From: an uncultured Anaerolineaceae bacterium
GTDB lineage: Bacteria > Chloroflexota > Anaerolineae > Anaerolineales > UBA4823
Direction of reading: 5' to 3'
DNA: 64,000 nt
Assembly (NCBI GenBank): GCA_964385625.1
Contig: CAYLPS010000004.1
Span: 6,407-70,406 of the forward strand
A model generated the notes under the pieces. It did not search any database, had not been told where the DNA came from, and was given only the letters and a program-made list of their open reading frames with translations. The position numbers and the translations under genes were made by a program. Positions 1-9,945 of the stretch are shown here, one piece after another (position 1 is the stretch's first letter; each line of letters begins with the position of its first letter).

Positions 1-108
1 GGTGGGTTCGTTTTTAATCCAATTCATAATGTGCAGGCTTGTATTCCTGTGGAAAATTTGATTGCTCTATATGAAGCAGTGCGTGATTATCGTAGCCTTG
101 TGGACTAA
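1..108 (+). CDS. 3-prime end of a gene cut by the window edge; C-terminus resembles URO-D / MtaA-type methyltransferase family
   Basis: Frame 1 reads GGFVFNPIHNVQACIPVENLIALYEAVRDYRSLVD with stop at 106-108. The GG.I.NP.H.....P.EN pattern is typical of URO-D-fold C-termini. Only 35 codons are visible. Confidence 0.4.
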   Translation, partial: GGFVFNPIHNVQACIPVENLIALYEAVRDYRSLVD

Positions 109-114
109 TTTTTT

Positions 115-1593
115 ATGGACCAACTTCTCCTCGGTTTAGATATCGGTACCAGCCATATAAAAGCGACTGTAATCACCCCAGCAGGCCAGGTATTGGCAAA
201 TGCCCAGGTAGATTACCCCACCTATTTTCCAAAGCCAGGCTGGGCCGAACAGTCACCACCAGATTGGTGGCGAGGAGTGGCAACCGTTACCCGCCAGGTG
301 ATGAAGCGGGTGAACGGAGAAATTGCATGTATTGGCGTGAGCGGCCAGGGCTGCGCGGTTACCTTGATTGATCGAAAAGGGGATGTCATCCGCCCGGCAA
401 TCATCTGGATGGATAGCAGGGCTGAGCCGCAATGCGAGAGGTTGCGCCGCTGCTGTATCACAGATGTCCTGGCCAGGAATGGAAAATCTCCTGCTCCTTA
501 CAATGCTGATCCGGTACTGATGTGGCTCATTGAAAACGAGCCCGAATCAATCAAGTTGGCAAATACCAGTCTTACGACCACTGCTTACATCACTTTCCGG
601 TTGACTGGAAGAGTGGTTGCAAATCTTTCAGATGCCAGCATCCTGTTGGCATTTGATCTGGAGAAACAGACCTGGTCTGAAGCGTTGATTGAGAATTTTG
701 CACTGCCAGAACGCCTGTACCCACCTCTGGCGGCCTGTGATGAGGTGATCGGCGAACTGACCTCTGAGGCAGCCAACGAACTGGGCCTGCCGGCTGGAAT
801 ACCCGTAGTTGCAGGTGGAGAGGATACTTCTTCTGCTGGATTGGCATCAGGCGCAACTCGCCCTGGTATGGTTTACCTTTCCCTCGGCACTGCGGGCACA
901 ATCAATGTTCCGATCAATACTTTAGCCATTCACCCTCAGTTGTTGACATTTTTACATGTGCTATCAGGGCAATACCTGGTTGGTGGTTCAATGGTGGCAC
1001 TGGGCGCCTCGATGGTCTCATGCCGCAAGATCCTGGGCGAAGATTTGGATTTTGACAGCCTGATTGCCCTGGCTGCTCAAAGTGAGCCGGGGGCCGGCCG
1101 GCTGATTTTCCTGCCCTATCTCAGTGGTGAACTTCAGCCAATTAATGATGGCCATGCCCGCGGAGTCCTGTTTGGCCTCAGCTTAAGTACAGAGCGCAAA
1201 CACATTGTCAGGGCAGTGCTTGAGGGCACAGCGTTTGCAATTGCCCATAATCTCTCCATCATTGAATCACTCAATTTGCCTGTGAATGAGATCCGGGCAG
1301 TTGGCGGGCCAACTCGTTCTCCGCTGTGGTGTCAGATCATTGCAGATGTTACAGGCTACCCTTTGCATGTCCTCAATGATCAGGGCGGGGCGCCATTTGG
1401 GAATGCGCTGCTGGCTGGCAAGGGAGTTGGGTTGATTGATGATCCGGCAAAAGTGGCATTGTCTGCTGCTCGTATCGAAACCACCTACCAGCCTGACGCT
1501 CGATTATTTTCGCGCTACCAGGCCCAGTACGCAATTTACCGGCAGTTGTACCCCCAGTTAAAAGAACAATTTGTTCGGTTATCAAACTTATGA
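115..1593 (+). CDS. FGGY-family carbohydrate kinase (xylulokinase-like; substrate unknown)
   Basis: 492-aa ORF with N-terminal LGLDIGTSHIKA phosphate-binding motif and overall FGGY kinase layout. Confidence 0.85.
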   Translation: MDQLLLGLDIGTSHIKATVITPAGQVLANAQVDYPTYFPKPGWAEQSPPDWWRGVATVTRQVMKRVNGEIACIGVSGQGCAVTLIDRKGDVIRPAIIWMDSRAEPQCERLRRCCITDVLARNGKSPAPYNADPVLMWLIENEPESIKLANTSLTTTAYITFRLTGRVVANLSDASILLAFDLEKQTWSEALIENFALPERLYPPLAACDEVIGELTSEAANELGLPAGIPVVAGGEDTSSAGLASGATRPGMVYLSLGTAGTINVPINTLAIHPQLLTFLHVLSGQYLVGGSMVALGASMVSCRKILGEDLDFDSLIALAAQSEPGAGRLIFLPYLSGELQPINDGHARGVLFGLSLSTERKHIVRAVLEGTAFAIAHNLSIIESLNLPVNEIRAVGGPTRSPLWCQIIADVTGYPLHVLNDQGGAPFGNALLAGKGVGLIDDPAKVALSAARIETTYQPDARLFSRYQAQYAIYRQLYPQLKEQFVRLSNL

Positions 1594-2384
1594 ATAATGG
1601 AGGCAAGGACTCAATGCGATTAGCCCAGAAAGTAGCAATAATCACGGGGGCGGCAGCGGGGATAGGCCTAGCATGTGCAGAGGCCTTTGTCAGAGAAGGT
1701 GCCGCCGTGTCTTTGCTCGATATTGACCGTAATTCTGGAGAGAGCACTGCAATTACTTTGAAGAAAAATGGCGCCGATGTTGTGTTCTTTGAAGTGGATA
1801 TTTCTGATCCTGCTGCAGTCAGTGCTGCGGTAGAAAGTACGAGGAAGCGCTACGGGCGAATCGACATCCTGGTAAGTAACGCCGGGATAGGTGGACGAAA
1901 ACTCGGGGATGGCCCGGTACATCTTTGTTCGCTTGAAGCCTGGGATGCTGTGATGAGTGTAAATTTACGAGGCACCTTCCTGGTTTGCAAAGCTGTTTTG
2001 CCTTTCATGCTGCAACAGGGCTGCGGCAGCATTATTACGATTGCCTCCGTGCTGGGGTTGGTAGGTACCCAGGGTTTGTTTGATACGCATGCTTATGCAA
2101 CCAGCAAAGCTGGCATTATCGGTCTGACACGTTCGATCGCAGCTCATTATGCTCGGAACAAAATCCGAGCGAATACGATTGCCCCAGGTTTGATTGATAC
2201 ACAAATGGCGAATAGGGCGAAGTCTGACCCTGCTCTGCTTGAGCGTGTTGCTTTCTGGCAGCCTTTGGGCCCGTTGGGTGTTGCAGACGATGTTGCTGCT
2301 GCAGCGGTATTTCTTGCCAGCGATGAAGCCAGCTTCATTACTGGGGCAATGTTACCCGTTGATGGCGGTTGGACCGTTCAATAA
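1590..2384 (+). CDS. Short-chain dehydrogenase/reductase (SDR)
   Basis: TGAAAGIG Rossmann motif, NAG, and YATSK (YxxxK) catalytic motif. ATGA start/stop overlap with the upstream kinase. Confidence 0.9.
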   Translation: MNNGGKDSMRLAQKVAIITGAAAGIGLACAEAFVREGAAVSLLDIDRNSGESTAITLKKNGADVVFFEVDISDPAAVSAAVESTRKRYGRIDILVSNAGIGGRKLGDGPVHLCSLEAWDAVMSVNLRGTFLVCKAVLPFMLQQGCGSIITIASVLGLVGTQGLFDTHAYATSKAGIIGLTRSIAAHYARNKIRANTIAPGLIDTQMANRAKSDPALLERVAFWQPLGPLGVADDVAAAAVFLASDEASFITGAMLPVDGGWTVQ

Positions 2385-2413
2385 TCAACCACCTGGATTC
2401 ATAAGGAGAAAGT

Positions 2414-3736
2414 GTGGAATTTTACACCCGGCAAATCAATCAATCGTTGGAGACAGATGTAGTTGTCATTGGATCAGGCTCTGCCGGTTCTATTGCCGCC
2501 ATCGCAGCCGCCCGCAATGGCGCGAAAACGATTTTGGTAGAAAGGTACGGTTTCCTGGGGGGGACCAGCACTCAAGTACTGGATACCTTCTATGGTTTTT
2601 ATACTCCCGGCACTGTAGCCTATAAAGTAGTCGGGGGCATACCCGATGAGGTCGTGCAGACGTTAAAAAAATATGGCGCAGCCTTTGAACGCCCGAATAG
2701 TTTTGGTGCAGGCACAGGCGTCACTTATGATCCGGAAATTCTGAAAATTGTTTGGGAGACTTTAGCAGAACAGGCCGGTGTGCGATTACTCTATCACAGC
2801 TTTTGTACCGATGTAGTAATGGATGGTGAACGGATTTGTGGGGTCATCGTGGATGGCAAAAAAGGTTTGATGAAGATCTCCGCGCGCGTGGTGATCGACT
2901 GCAGTGGCGATGCTGATGTCTGCCACTGGGCAGGTGCCCCTTATGAACGAGCTGGTGAGATTGACCCGGCCCAAACCCTGACCACTACCTTCCGTATGGT
3001 TAATGTAGATATCTCCAAAGCCCAGGCTTTTGGAAAAAAGGCTCTTGCTGAAAAGATGGAAGCTGCCGCGGAGTCTGGGCAGTACCACCTACCTCGCCGC
3101 GAAGGAAGCTGGCATATTACCACGCAGGCTGGTGTGATCCACACCATCATGACCCGTGTAGCCAATGTAGACGGTACAGATCCAATAGCTCTGACAACGG
3201 CTGAAATCGAGGGTCGCAGGCAGGCTTACGAATATGCTCGTTTTTTGAAGGATTGCGTGCCGGGTTATAGAGACGCCCAGCTTTCCTGGCTGAGCCACCC
3301 AATTGGTGTACGTGAAACCCGCCGAATATACGGCGAATACCGCTTGACCCGGGAAGACTGCCTGTCTGCCCATAAGTTTTCAGACGCAATTGCAGCTTGC
3401 GGAGCCCCCATTGAAGATCACCACGCCGGCAAACATACAACGTGGCAGTATCTACCCGATGGCATGACCTATGATATTCCTTACCGTACACTGCTGCCAC
3501 AAAAAATCAGGGGGCTGCTGGTGGCCGGGCGTTGTTTCAGCGCCACACATGATGCCCATGCCTCCTGCCGCTCCATGGCCCAAACGATGAGCATGGGCCA
3601 GGCAGCAGGCACAGCTGCTGCCCTTGCTATCCTTCACAATAATCTACCCCATGAACTGCCAATCTTCCTCCTTCAAGAACAGCTGGTTCAGATGGGTGCC
3701 AGATTTGGCGATATACGTGCTGATCGGATAAGTTAA
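2414..3736 (+). CDS. FAD-dependent oxidoreductase
   Basis: VVVIGSGSAGSIAAIAAARNG...VERYGFLGGT dinucleotide-binding motif. GTG start preceded by AAGGAG (2403-2408). Confidence 0.8.
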   Translation: MEFYTRQINQSLETDVVVIGSGSAGSIAAIAAARNGAKTILVERYGFLGGTSTQVLDTFYGFYTPGTVAYKVVGGIPDEVVQTLKKYGAAFERPNSFGAGTGVTYDPEILKIVWETLAEQAGVRLLYHSFCTDVVMDGERICGVIVDGKKGLMKISARVVIDCSGDADVCHWAGAPYERAGEIDPAQTLTTTFRMVNVDISKAQAFGKKALAEKMEAAAESGQYHLPRREGSWHITTQAGVIHTIMTRVANVDGTDPIALTTAEIEGRRQAYEYARFLKDCVPGYRDAQLSWLSHPIGVRETRRIYGEYRLTREDCLSAHKFSDAIAACGAPIEDHHAGKHTTWQYLPDGMTYDIPYRTLLPQKIRGLLVAGRCFSATHDAHASCRSMAQTMSMGQAAGTAAALAILHNNLPHELPIFLLQEQLVQMGARFGDIRADRIS

Positions 3737-3747
3737 GAGGCGAAGAT

Positions 3748-4407
3748 ATGAAACCGATCATCGATAAGCTACTTTCTTGTTGCTTAATGGGTATCATCCG
3801 CATGCCGCGCTATGAATATCCTGCAGAGGTAGCCAGGGCACTGAAGGATGGTGGCCTCCAGGTGTTGGAGTTTACCTTGAGTGGTGAAGGTGCCTTGCAC
3901 GCGATTGAGTTGGCACGCCATGCCCTGCCCCGCCAGGTATTCTTGGGAGCTGGAACTGTTTTGAACCCAGGAGATGTAAACGATGCCAGGTCGGCTGGGG
4001 CAGAATTTATTGTCACCCCGACCCTCAGTATCCCAGTCATCGAAGCCTGCCAGCGCCACGATCTGCCAATCGTATGTGGGGCGTTGACCCCCACCGAAAT
4101 CTTTACAGCGATGCAGGCTGGGGCTGACCTGGTGAAACTTTTCCCGGCGCGCCTGGGTGGCGCACAATACCTGCGCGACCTGCTTGCTCCCCTGCCCGGG
4201 GTAAAACTGGTCCCCACCGGAGGCGTTACCTCAGAGAACGCTCAAAGCTATCTTGAGGCTGGGGCAGTTGCCGTAGCGATTGGCGGCAGCCTGGTTGATC
4301 CCCAGCTTGTTATCCAGCGTAAGTTTTTCGAGATCAGTGAAAGAGGACGGCGCTGTGTAGAGGCCGTTGCCAGATATAAATCCACCCGAGGAGAAAATCA
4401 TTCATGA
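3748..4407 (+). CDS. eda: KDPG / KHG aldolase family protein
   Basis: 219 aa with the Eda-type motif series GAGTV, FIVTP, CGALTPTEI, VKLFPA, PTGGV. Confidence 0.75.
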   Translation: MKPIIDKLLSCCLMGIIRMPRYEYPAEVARALKDGGLQVLEFTLSGEGALHAIELARHALPRQVFLGAGTVLNPGDVNDARSAGAEFIVTPTLSIPVIEACQRHDLPIVCGALTPTEIFTAMQAGADLVKLFPARLGGAQYLRDLLAPLPGVKLVPTGGVTSENAQSYLEAGAVAVAIGGSLVDPQLVIQRKFFEISERGRRCVEAVARYKSTRGENHS

Positions 4408-5096
4408 TCGAATGGGCTCAACTTACCAGCGATGAGATAAAAACCACAGACCGCAACCTGCCAGTGATTATCCCGGTAGGATTGATAGAAGCACACGGGC
4501 ATCATCTACCCCTGGGTCTTGATAATGAAACCGCTGAGTTCTTCAGTCGAAAAACCGCAGCAGCAGCTGGAGCAATCCTGGCGCCACCGATCTATTACGG
4601 TTTTGCAGATGCGATGCGGGAATATCCAGGTACCATTGGAGTAACGGTAGAAACATTGAGCCTTGTTGTTCGGGATATCACGATGATGTTTTACCGGCAT
4701 GGCTTCAAAAAACAAATTTACTTCAGTGGACACGGCGGAAATAAAATAGCCTGTGAACTGGGCTTTTACAAGGCATGGGAAGTTCATCCCGATTTAAAGC
4801 TTGCTTATTGGAACTGGTGGACGGAGGCTGGCTTCAACAGAATTCACCACGCTGATAAAGGTGAAACCGAGATTGCGCTGGCGATCGGCTCCGCAGTACA
4901 CATGGAGCTCGCCCGTGACTATACTTTCGAAAAGCCCTGGCATATGGTCTACTCACGTTACCAATACCAGCCTGAAACCGGTGGTATCAATGGCTTTCCA
5001 ACGCAAGCCGATCAGGCTGCGGGAGAGCAGATGCGAGATCAGGTGATTGCCCTTCTTACAGAGCGCTTAAAAGGGATCATTGCCGATCGTGGTTAA
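4404..5096 (+). CDS. Creatininase-family amidohydrolase
   Basis: PVGLIEAHGHHLPLGLD metal-binding signature. ATGA overlap with the upstream gene. Confidence 0.75.
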   Translation: MIEWAQLTSDEIKTTDRNLPVIIPVGLIEAHGHHLPLGLDNETAEFFSRKTAAAAGAILAPPIYYGFADAMREYPGTIGVTVETLSLVVRDITMMFYRHGFKKQIYFSGHGGNKIACELGFYKAWEVHPDLKLAYWNWWTEAGFNRIHHADKGETEIALAIGSAVHMELARDYTFEKPWHMVYSRYQYQPETGGINGFPTQADQAAGEQMRDQVIALLTERLKGIIADRG

Positions 5097-5116
5097 AAAT
5101 TTATAAGGTTAGAAAC

Positions 5117-5656
5117 ATGAAAAAAATTACATTGTACCCTGTACCTATCACTATTCAAATTCTCGTAGAACTAGAAGAACGTGATCTGATCCGTATGTTC
5201 CACCCCACTGCAGCCACCTTGTATCCGCCGCCCGGGGAGAATGTGGCTGAAGCTCTTTACGAATCCGACCCTGCCTTTGGCCCCCATCGCTTGATTGCAG
5301 TTGGCGTGAACAAACAGCGTGTGCGCTGGGGAACCCATTCTGATCATGAAGAATTCTTGATACCATCTCATGGAACTGAGGTAAAACCGCTTTACCTGGT
5401 TATCTCTTACCTCAAGGAAAAAGAGTTGCGCGCCCGCGATGCTGCTGGTGAATTGAAGCCAGAAGATTTCATATGTTTGAATATGTACCCCTGTCCGCGG
5501 GGAGCAGAGATGTTCACCATGCTTCCAGGGACAGTCCATTGTGAATTGACGCTTCCAGGTGAGGGCAGTATTGGAAGTTTTTACGTAACAGAACCGCGCG
5601 ATCTGGATATCATCTGGATCGATCTAGCGGCATCAGATTTTTGCATCCAGATTTGA
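5117..5656 (+). CDS. Hypothetical protein (179 aa)
   Basis: Clean ORF in operon context; no family recognised. Confidence 0.5.
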   Translation: MKKITLYPVPITIQILVELEERDLIRMFHPTAATLYPPPGENVAEALYESDPAFGPHRLIAVGVNKQRVRWGTHSDHEEFLIPSHGTEVKPLYLVISYLKEKELRARDAAGELKPEDFICLNMYPCPRGAEMFTMLPGTVHCELTLPGEGSIGSFYVTEPRDLDIIWIDLAASDFCIQI

Positions 5657-5680
5657 ACTACAGCAGGAAGGATTAGGTTT

Positions 5681-6319
5681 ATGTCAACATTACTCTCAAC
5701 ACTCTATAACGCTATCTTAGATGGAGATACACCTGGGGCCCAACAAGGAGTTAGAGAAGCCCTGGCAGCTGGGCTTGAGCCAGGTCAAATCCTTGCTGAA
5801 GGTATGATTGCGGCCATGAAAGAGGTTGGTAAACGTTTTGAGGAAGGTGAGTATTTTGTGCCAGAAATGCTGATCTCGGCGCGCGCCATGCAGTCTGGGC
5901 TGACGCTTCTCAAACCTTCCCTGGCCAATACCGGCGTTAAGGCAGCAGGGAAAGTGGTAATCGGCACCGTTAAAGGCGATTTGCATGATATTGGGAAAAA
6001 CCTGGTAGCCTTGATGCTCGAAGGTGCCGGGTTTGAAGTTAAAGACCTTGGGGTGGATATCGCTCCAGAAAAGTTCGTCCAGGCTATTGAAACCGAAAAC
6101 GCCAATATTGTTGCTCTTTCAGCCCTGCTGACCACGACCATGTCGAATATGAAAGCGACGGTCGATGCCATTCAGCAGGCGGGTATGCGTGAACGAGTCA
6201 AAATCATGATTGGCGGCGCGCCCGTCACCCAGGATTATGCCAACCAAATTGGGGCAGATGGCTTTGCTGCTGATGCCAGTCGTGCAGTCAGCATGGCGCA
6301 TTCTTTACTCGCAGGATAA
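5681..6319 (+). CDS. Corrinoid (B12-binding) protein of a methyltransferase system
   Basis: DxHxxG cobalamin-binding motif (GDLHDIGKNLV) after an N-terminal helical cap domain; 212 aa. Confidence 0.85.
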   Translation: MSTLLSTLYNAILDGDTPGAQQGVREALAAGLEPGQILAEGMIAAMKEVGKRFEEGEYFVPEMLISARAMQSGLTLLKPSLANTGVKAAGKVVIGTVKGDLHDIGKNLVALMLEGAGFEVKDLGVDIAPEKFVQAIETENANIVALSALLTTTMSNMKATVDAIQQAGMRERVKIMIGGAPVTQDYANQIGADGFAADASRAVSMAHSLLAG

Positions 6320-6520
6320 AACCCCAGGGGAACAATCTTATGCAGCACAACGAAAACCGTCCACCTTGAAAGGGAAAAACCGCCTGGATTATTGGGCACA
6401 GGTGATACCAACCGACATGGGTGAAACCACCTGTGCCGGAACTGGTTCTTGAAAAGTAAAAAGTAGCTCCTAAAGTTGCCAGTGCACTACGGGAGAAGCT
6501 TTTTATGTATGGTTTTTGCT

Positions 6521-8308
6521 TCAAAGATCAAAACAGCACCATACCTTCCGCATCCGCCAACAAATCCCCCTGATCCCCGATTTCGACAATCCAAACTGTT
6601 CGGCAAGTTCACGCGTCGATTTTCCTCCCTTATGCAGCTCATAAATCTTCAAATCCCTCTCTGACGGCCCCCTCGACGCCGCTTTCAACCGCCGTCGTGT
6701 CTTCTTCCCCTCCCCAGCTAACTCTGCCACCATCATCCCCCTGGCTTCAACGCCCTTATAGCCCTCAATTGGGAAGGCATACCACACCTTTGCCCGATCA
6801 TACCCCAGTTCCACCTTAGTAATAAACCGTGGGAACAGCAGATTGCGTAGCACCCGAACGTCGCCGGCCTGGCTGGCGGCCTGGATCTTACCCCGCCATA
6901 CATCCAGCACCACTTTCAACGCTTCAGGAGAGATTTCCAATTGGGAGGCGGCTTTTTTTGATTGCAAATCCCAGATTTCTGCCTGGTGGAAAGCTAATTC
7001 AGCTTCACGTGCCTTCAGCCGCTCGCCAGCCGCCTGGGCGCCGTAGGTTTCGGCCAGGTCGAGCAGGTTCTGGATCGCCTTCTGCGTTTCTTTGACTTGC
7101 TTTTCCAGGCGCTCGATATCCCGTTCGATGGCCGATGTATCCGCCAGTTGGGCTCTGGTTTCGGCCAGCAGGGCCTGGATGAAGTCCGGGGTCAGGATGC
7201 GGGTCAGGACGGCATCCAGGATGGCATTTTCAGCTTTTTCGGCGTTGACCATCCGTCCCTGGCAACTATCCCAGCCATAACGCGACTTCTGGCCGCACAT
7301 GTAGTACGGCCATGTGAAGTTCCGCCCCTGCTGTGTGTTCGCTTGGCTGTACGCAACGGCCGCGCCACAGTGGATACACACTGCATGTCCCGAAAGCAGC
7401 GATGGGGCAGATTGCCGGCGAGGGTGGGCCACACTGGAAGTCTGCTTGTGTTTGGGGTGAGCACCTTGGATTTTCTGTACCGCGTCCCAGGTAGCCTGAT
7501 CTACCACTGCCGGGTGGTGATTGGGGATTTCTAAATCCCCGCATTTGCCAATGCCCAGGTAGGTCTTATTGGCGAAGAAACTTGGCCAACAGCTCTTGGA
7601 CTTGTAGAGGAATCCATGCGTGGCTTCCTGGATTTCCCCATAGCTTTTCCCCTGGAAACGCATGACCCAGGCCAGCTTCGCCAGTTCAAAAAGCTCCGGA
7701 TCCTCTATCCAGCGGCTGACTTTGCGCGGCATTCCGTTGCGCTTGGTTCCGATAATCACTTCTTCAGCCTGGTATCCTCGTGCAGGCACCCCGCCGGAAG
7801 AAAAGCCTTGTCGCACCTGGGCCGCAAGTGAGCGTTTCACATCGCGTGAGGTCTGCCGGCGCTTTTCTTCGTTGGTGATATCAATGATAACTTCCACTAC
7901 CCGGCCGTAGACACCCTCCGGGATCGGATCAGTCAGTGAATGAATGATTACACCCTGCTTACGGATCAGGGCTTTGTAATAGCTGGAGTCATCAAGTTCG
8001 CGAGCAAAGCGGGCAAAGTTCCATAATAGCAACCCGCGTGGGCGCAGGTCTGAGTCTTTGACCATATCCACCAGGTCGTTGAAAGCATCGCGTCCGATGA
8101 CGCTGCCGCCGCTGCGGGCTACATCGGCAAAGACATGCCCCATCAGCAGGTTGTGCCGCAGGCAGTAAGCCTCAATTTCCGTCTTTTGCTGGGGAACGCT
8201 TTGTTCCTGGCTGTCGCCGCCCGAATCGCGCAAATATGCCCAAACTATGGACCCGGGCGGAAGCGCAGCAGGTGGGGGCATATAGTCAGGCATGGTTTTT
8301 ACCTTCAA
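6521..8308 (-). CDS. Large serine recombinase (integrase type) with an extra C-terminal HTH
   Basis: Resolvase-type catalytic N-terminus (AYLRDSGGDSQEQS), recombinase domain, Cys-rich zinc ribbon (CIHCG...CGQKSRYGWDSC) and a long coiled coil. The last ~45 aa look like a sigma70-region-4/LuxR-type HTH (STRELAEQFGLSKSGIRGI). Confidence 0.9.
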   Translation of the reverse strand: MKVKTMPDYMPPPAALPPGSIVWAYLRDSGGDSQEQSVPQQKTEIEAYCLRHNLLMGHVFADVARSGGSVIGRDAFNDLVDMVKDSDLRPRGLLLWNFARFARELDDSSYYKALIRKQGVIIHSLTDPIPEGVYGRVVEVIIDITNEEKRRQTSRDVKRSLAAQVRQGFSSGGVPARGYQAEEVIIGTKRNGMPRKVSRWIEDPELFELAKLAWVMRFQGKSYGEIQEATHGFLYKSKSCWPSFFANKTYLGIGKCGDLEIPNHHPAVVDQATWDAVQKIQGAHPKHKQTSSVAHPRRQSAPSLLSGHAVCIHCGAAVAYSQANTQQGRNFTWPYYMCGQKSRYGWDSCQGRMVNAEKAENAILDAVLTRILTPDFIQALLAETRAQLADTSAIERDIERLEKQVKETQKAIQNLLDLAETYGAQAAGERLKAREAELAFHQAEIWDLQSKKAASQLEISPEALKVVLDVWRGKIQAASQAGDVRVLRNLLFPRFITKVELGYDRAKVWYAFPIEGYKGVEARGMMVAELAGEGKKTRRRLKAASRGPSERDLKIYELHKGGKSTRELAEQFGLSKSGIRGICWRMRKVWCCFDL

Positions 8309-8339
8309 TCGATGGTGATATTTTGTTTGATACTGTCAC

Positions 8340-8582
8340 TTATGGAGCCGCTGCTCGGGATGACGTTGTATGTGGCAGCGGCGCAAGCGACACTGAACCG
8401 TCCTTGATGATGACACGACCGTTCTCTACCGTCAGAATCCCCTGGGAGATCAAAGAACGCAGCGTCGCTGCCAGTTCCACAGCCAGGGGCTGCAGGGCAG
8501 CCTGCTGGGCGCTGGCCAGATTGGGGAAAGTCTGCTCTCCCCGGCATTCTTCGACCACGAACGGTGTCATCGTCCTGGCCAC
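8340..8582 (-). CDS. Small hypothetical protein (80 aa), possibly winged-helix
   Basis: Its ATG lies 3 nt after the primase stop and sits in the operon between primase and recombinase. The overlapping 98-aa alternative frame has non-protein-like composition. Confidence 0.5.
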   Translation of the reverse strand: MARTMTPFVVEECRGEQTFPNLASAQQAALQPLAVELAATLRSLISQGILTVENGRVIIKDGSVSLAPLPHTTSSRAAAP

Positions 8583-8584
8583 AG

Positions 8585-9943
8585 TTATTCAAGCTCCACA
8601 ATCGGGTGGGGCTCGCCGCGGGGCCAGGTGACAGATTTAATGTGCAGGCTTTTCGCCCGCATGTATTCAGCCGTTTCTTCTATAGAGCGGATGACAGCCC
8701 GCCGCTGTGGAGGCGGTGCGGGCAGCGCCACAACTTGCGGCGCATTTTCTATTGGGATGGTCGGCTCTGGAGCTGGATTTTCAGACGGCCTGGCCTGCTC
8801 CCGGTGCTCAATTTGCGTCAGCGCCCAGGAAACCAGGTCGAGCAGCCGCCCACCGGAACGGTGATAATCGGTCAGGTCTTTATCATGGGGGCGGATATTG
8901 CGCCACTCGACCAGCCGGGTGCGTGCGCTCAGGTTCTGCCAGAAGTGGATCGCCCGCTGGCTCTTGCCATCCTGATCATAAAAGAGCAAAAAATATTTGA
9001 CCGGGTAGAAATAACGCGCCCATTGTTCAAGGCAAGGATAGTAAGAATTGCTGCCCAGGGTGATCACCCCCAGGGCTTGCCAGCGCGGGTTATCGGCGTG
9101 CAGCAGGCATTGCCTTAGCAGCATGGCGTCCAGTTCCCCTTCCGTGATACAGACCGCTTCTGGGGCGGAAAGCAGCGTCTCAGCCTGGAAAAGACCCGGC
9201 TGGCCGCCGCGCACCTGGATATACTTGGGTTTCCCTGCCGGCCGCCTAATCTTCAGGTTTGATATCGTCCCGTTGACCTGAGAAGGGATCAGGATTCCCT
9301 GGGAAAGGTACACCGGCCCTCCAGTCAACCCCCAGTGAGCGGGTTGATCGGTCGAGTCTATTGGAATATAGCCAATCTGAGCCGCCTGCAGTGTGGCAGG
9401 TTCGAGCCCCCGCTCTTGCATCCAATCCAACGGGGGTACCCGCCGTAGGCAGGGCTCACCGCTAACCGGGTCGGTTTCCTGCCATGCGACATCTACTGTA
9501 CCGGCTTTGCCCAACAGGCGCTCCATCCCCCTTTCGACAACTTGCCCGGCTCGCTTCTGCCAGCGGTCGTCTGGTGGCCGGCAGGGTTTTGCCGCCTTGG
9601 GCGCCTGCACCTTACGCTCCGGTGCAGCAGGCAGACCATCCTGTGTCAAAGCCAGGACCGCCTGCGTAAAAGTCTGCCCACTGAGGCGCATTTGCAGCTC
9701 GATGGCATCTTTCCAGCCGCCATCCTCTGGACCACCCGTGCAGTGGCGGCAAAACCAACGGTTGGTCTCTTCCTGGACATGGAAACGGTCATCGCCGCCG
9801 CATATCGGGCAGGGCCCGGCATATTCCCCTCCGCCGGTAGTGGCCACCCGCCTGAGCGTGGTTTTCCGGGACGCCAGGTCCTGCACATTTACCTGCCTGG
9901 CGCTCCTGATTTGGTCTGTTGAAACCATGGATTCTCTCCCCAT
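8585..9943 (-). CDS. DnaG-like primase (zinc finger + Toprim)
   Basis: CPICGGDDRFH...WFCRHC zinc finger; Toprim acidic motifs CITEGELDAM and LFYDQDGKS. Confidence 0.8.
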   Translation of the reverse strand: MGRESMVSTDQIRSARQVNVQDLASRKTTLRRVATTGGGEYAGPCPICGGDDRFHVQEETNRWFCRHCTGGPEDGGWKDAIELQMRLSGQTFTQAVLALTQDGLPAAPERKVQAPKAAKPCRPPDDRWQKRAGQVVERGMERLLGKAGTVDVAWQETDPVSGEPCLRRVPPLDWMQERGLEPATLQAAQIGYIPIDSTDQPAHWGLTGGPVYLSQGILIPSQVNGTISNLKIRRPAGKPKYIQVRGGQPGLFQAETLLSAPEAVCITEGELDAMLLRQCLLHADNPRWQALGVITLGSNSYYPCLEQWARYFYPVKYFLLFYDQDGKSQRAIHFWQNLSARTRLVEWRNIRPHDKDLTDYHRSGGRLLDLVSWALTQIEHREQARPSENPAPEPTIPIENAPQVVALPAPPPQRRAVIRSIEETAEYMRAKSLHIKSVTWPRGEPHPIVELE

Positions 9944-9945
9944 AC

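Noticed and set aside
6364-6374. Interpretation of the left-junction 11-mer as a displaced tRNA-Glu 3-prime half (classical tyrosine-integrase tRNA target duplication)
   Set aside because: The 40 nt to its left (6320-6363) show no similarity to the tRNA T-arm and acceptor 3-prime half in the expected orientation. Only short isolated matches exist, so it is kept as a weak att candidate, not as a tRNA remnant.
8305-8601. 98-aa ORF (minus strand) between primase and serine recombinase
   Set aside because: It is Gly/Arg/Cys/Pro-rich. The 80-aa frame (8340-8582) starts 3 nt after the primase stop and looks like a real small helical protein.
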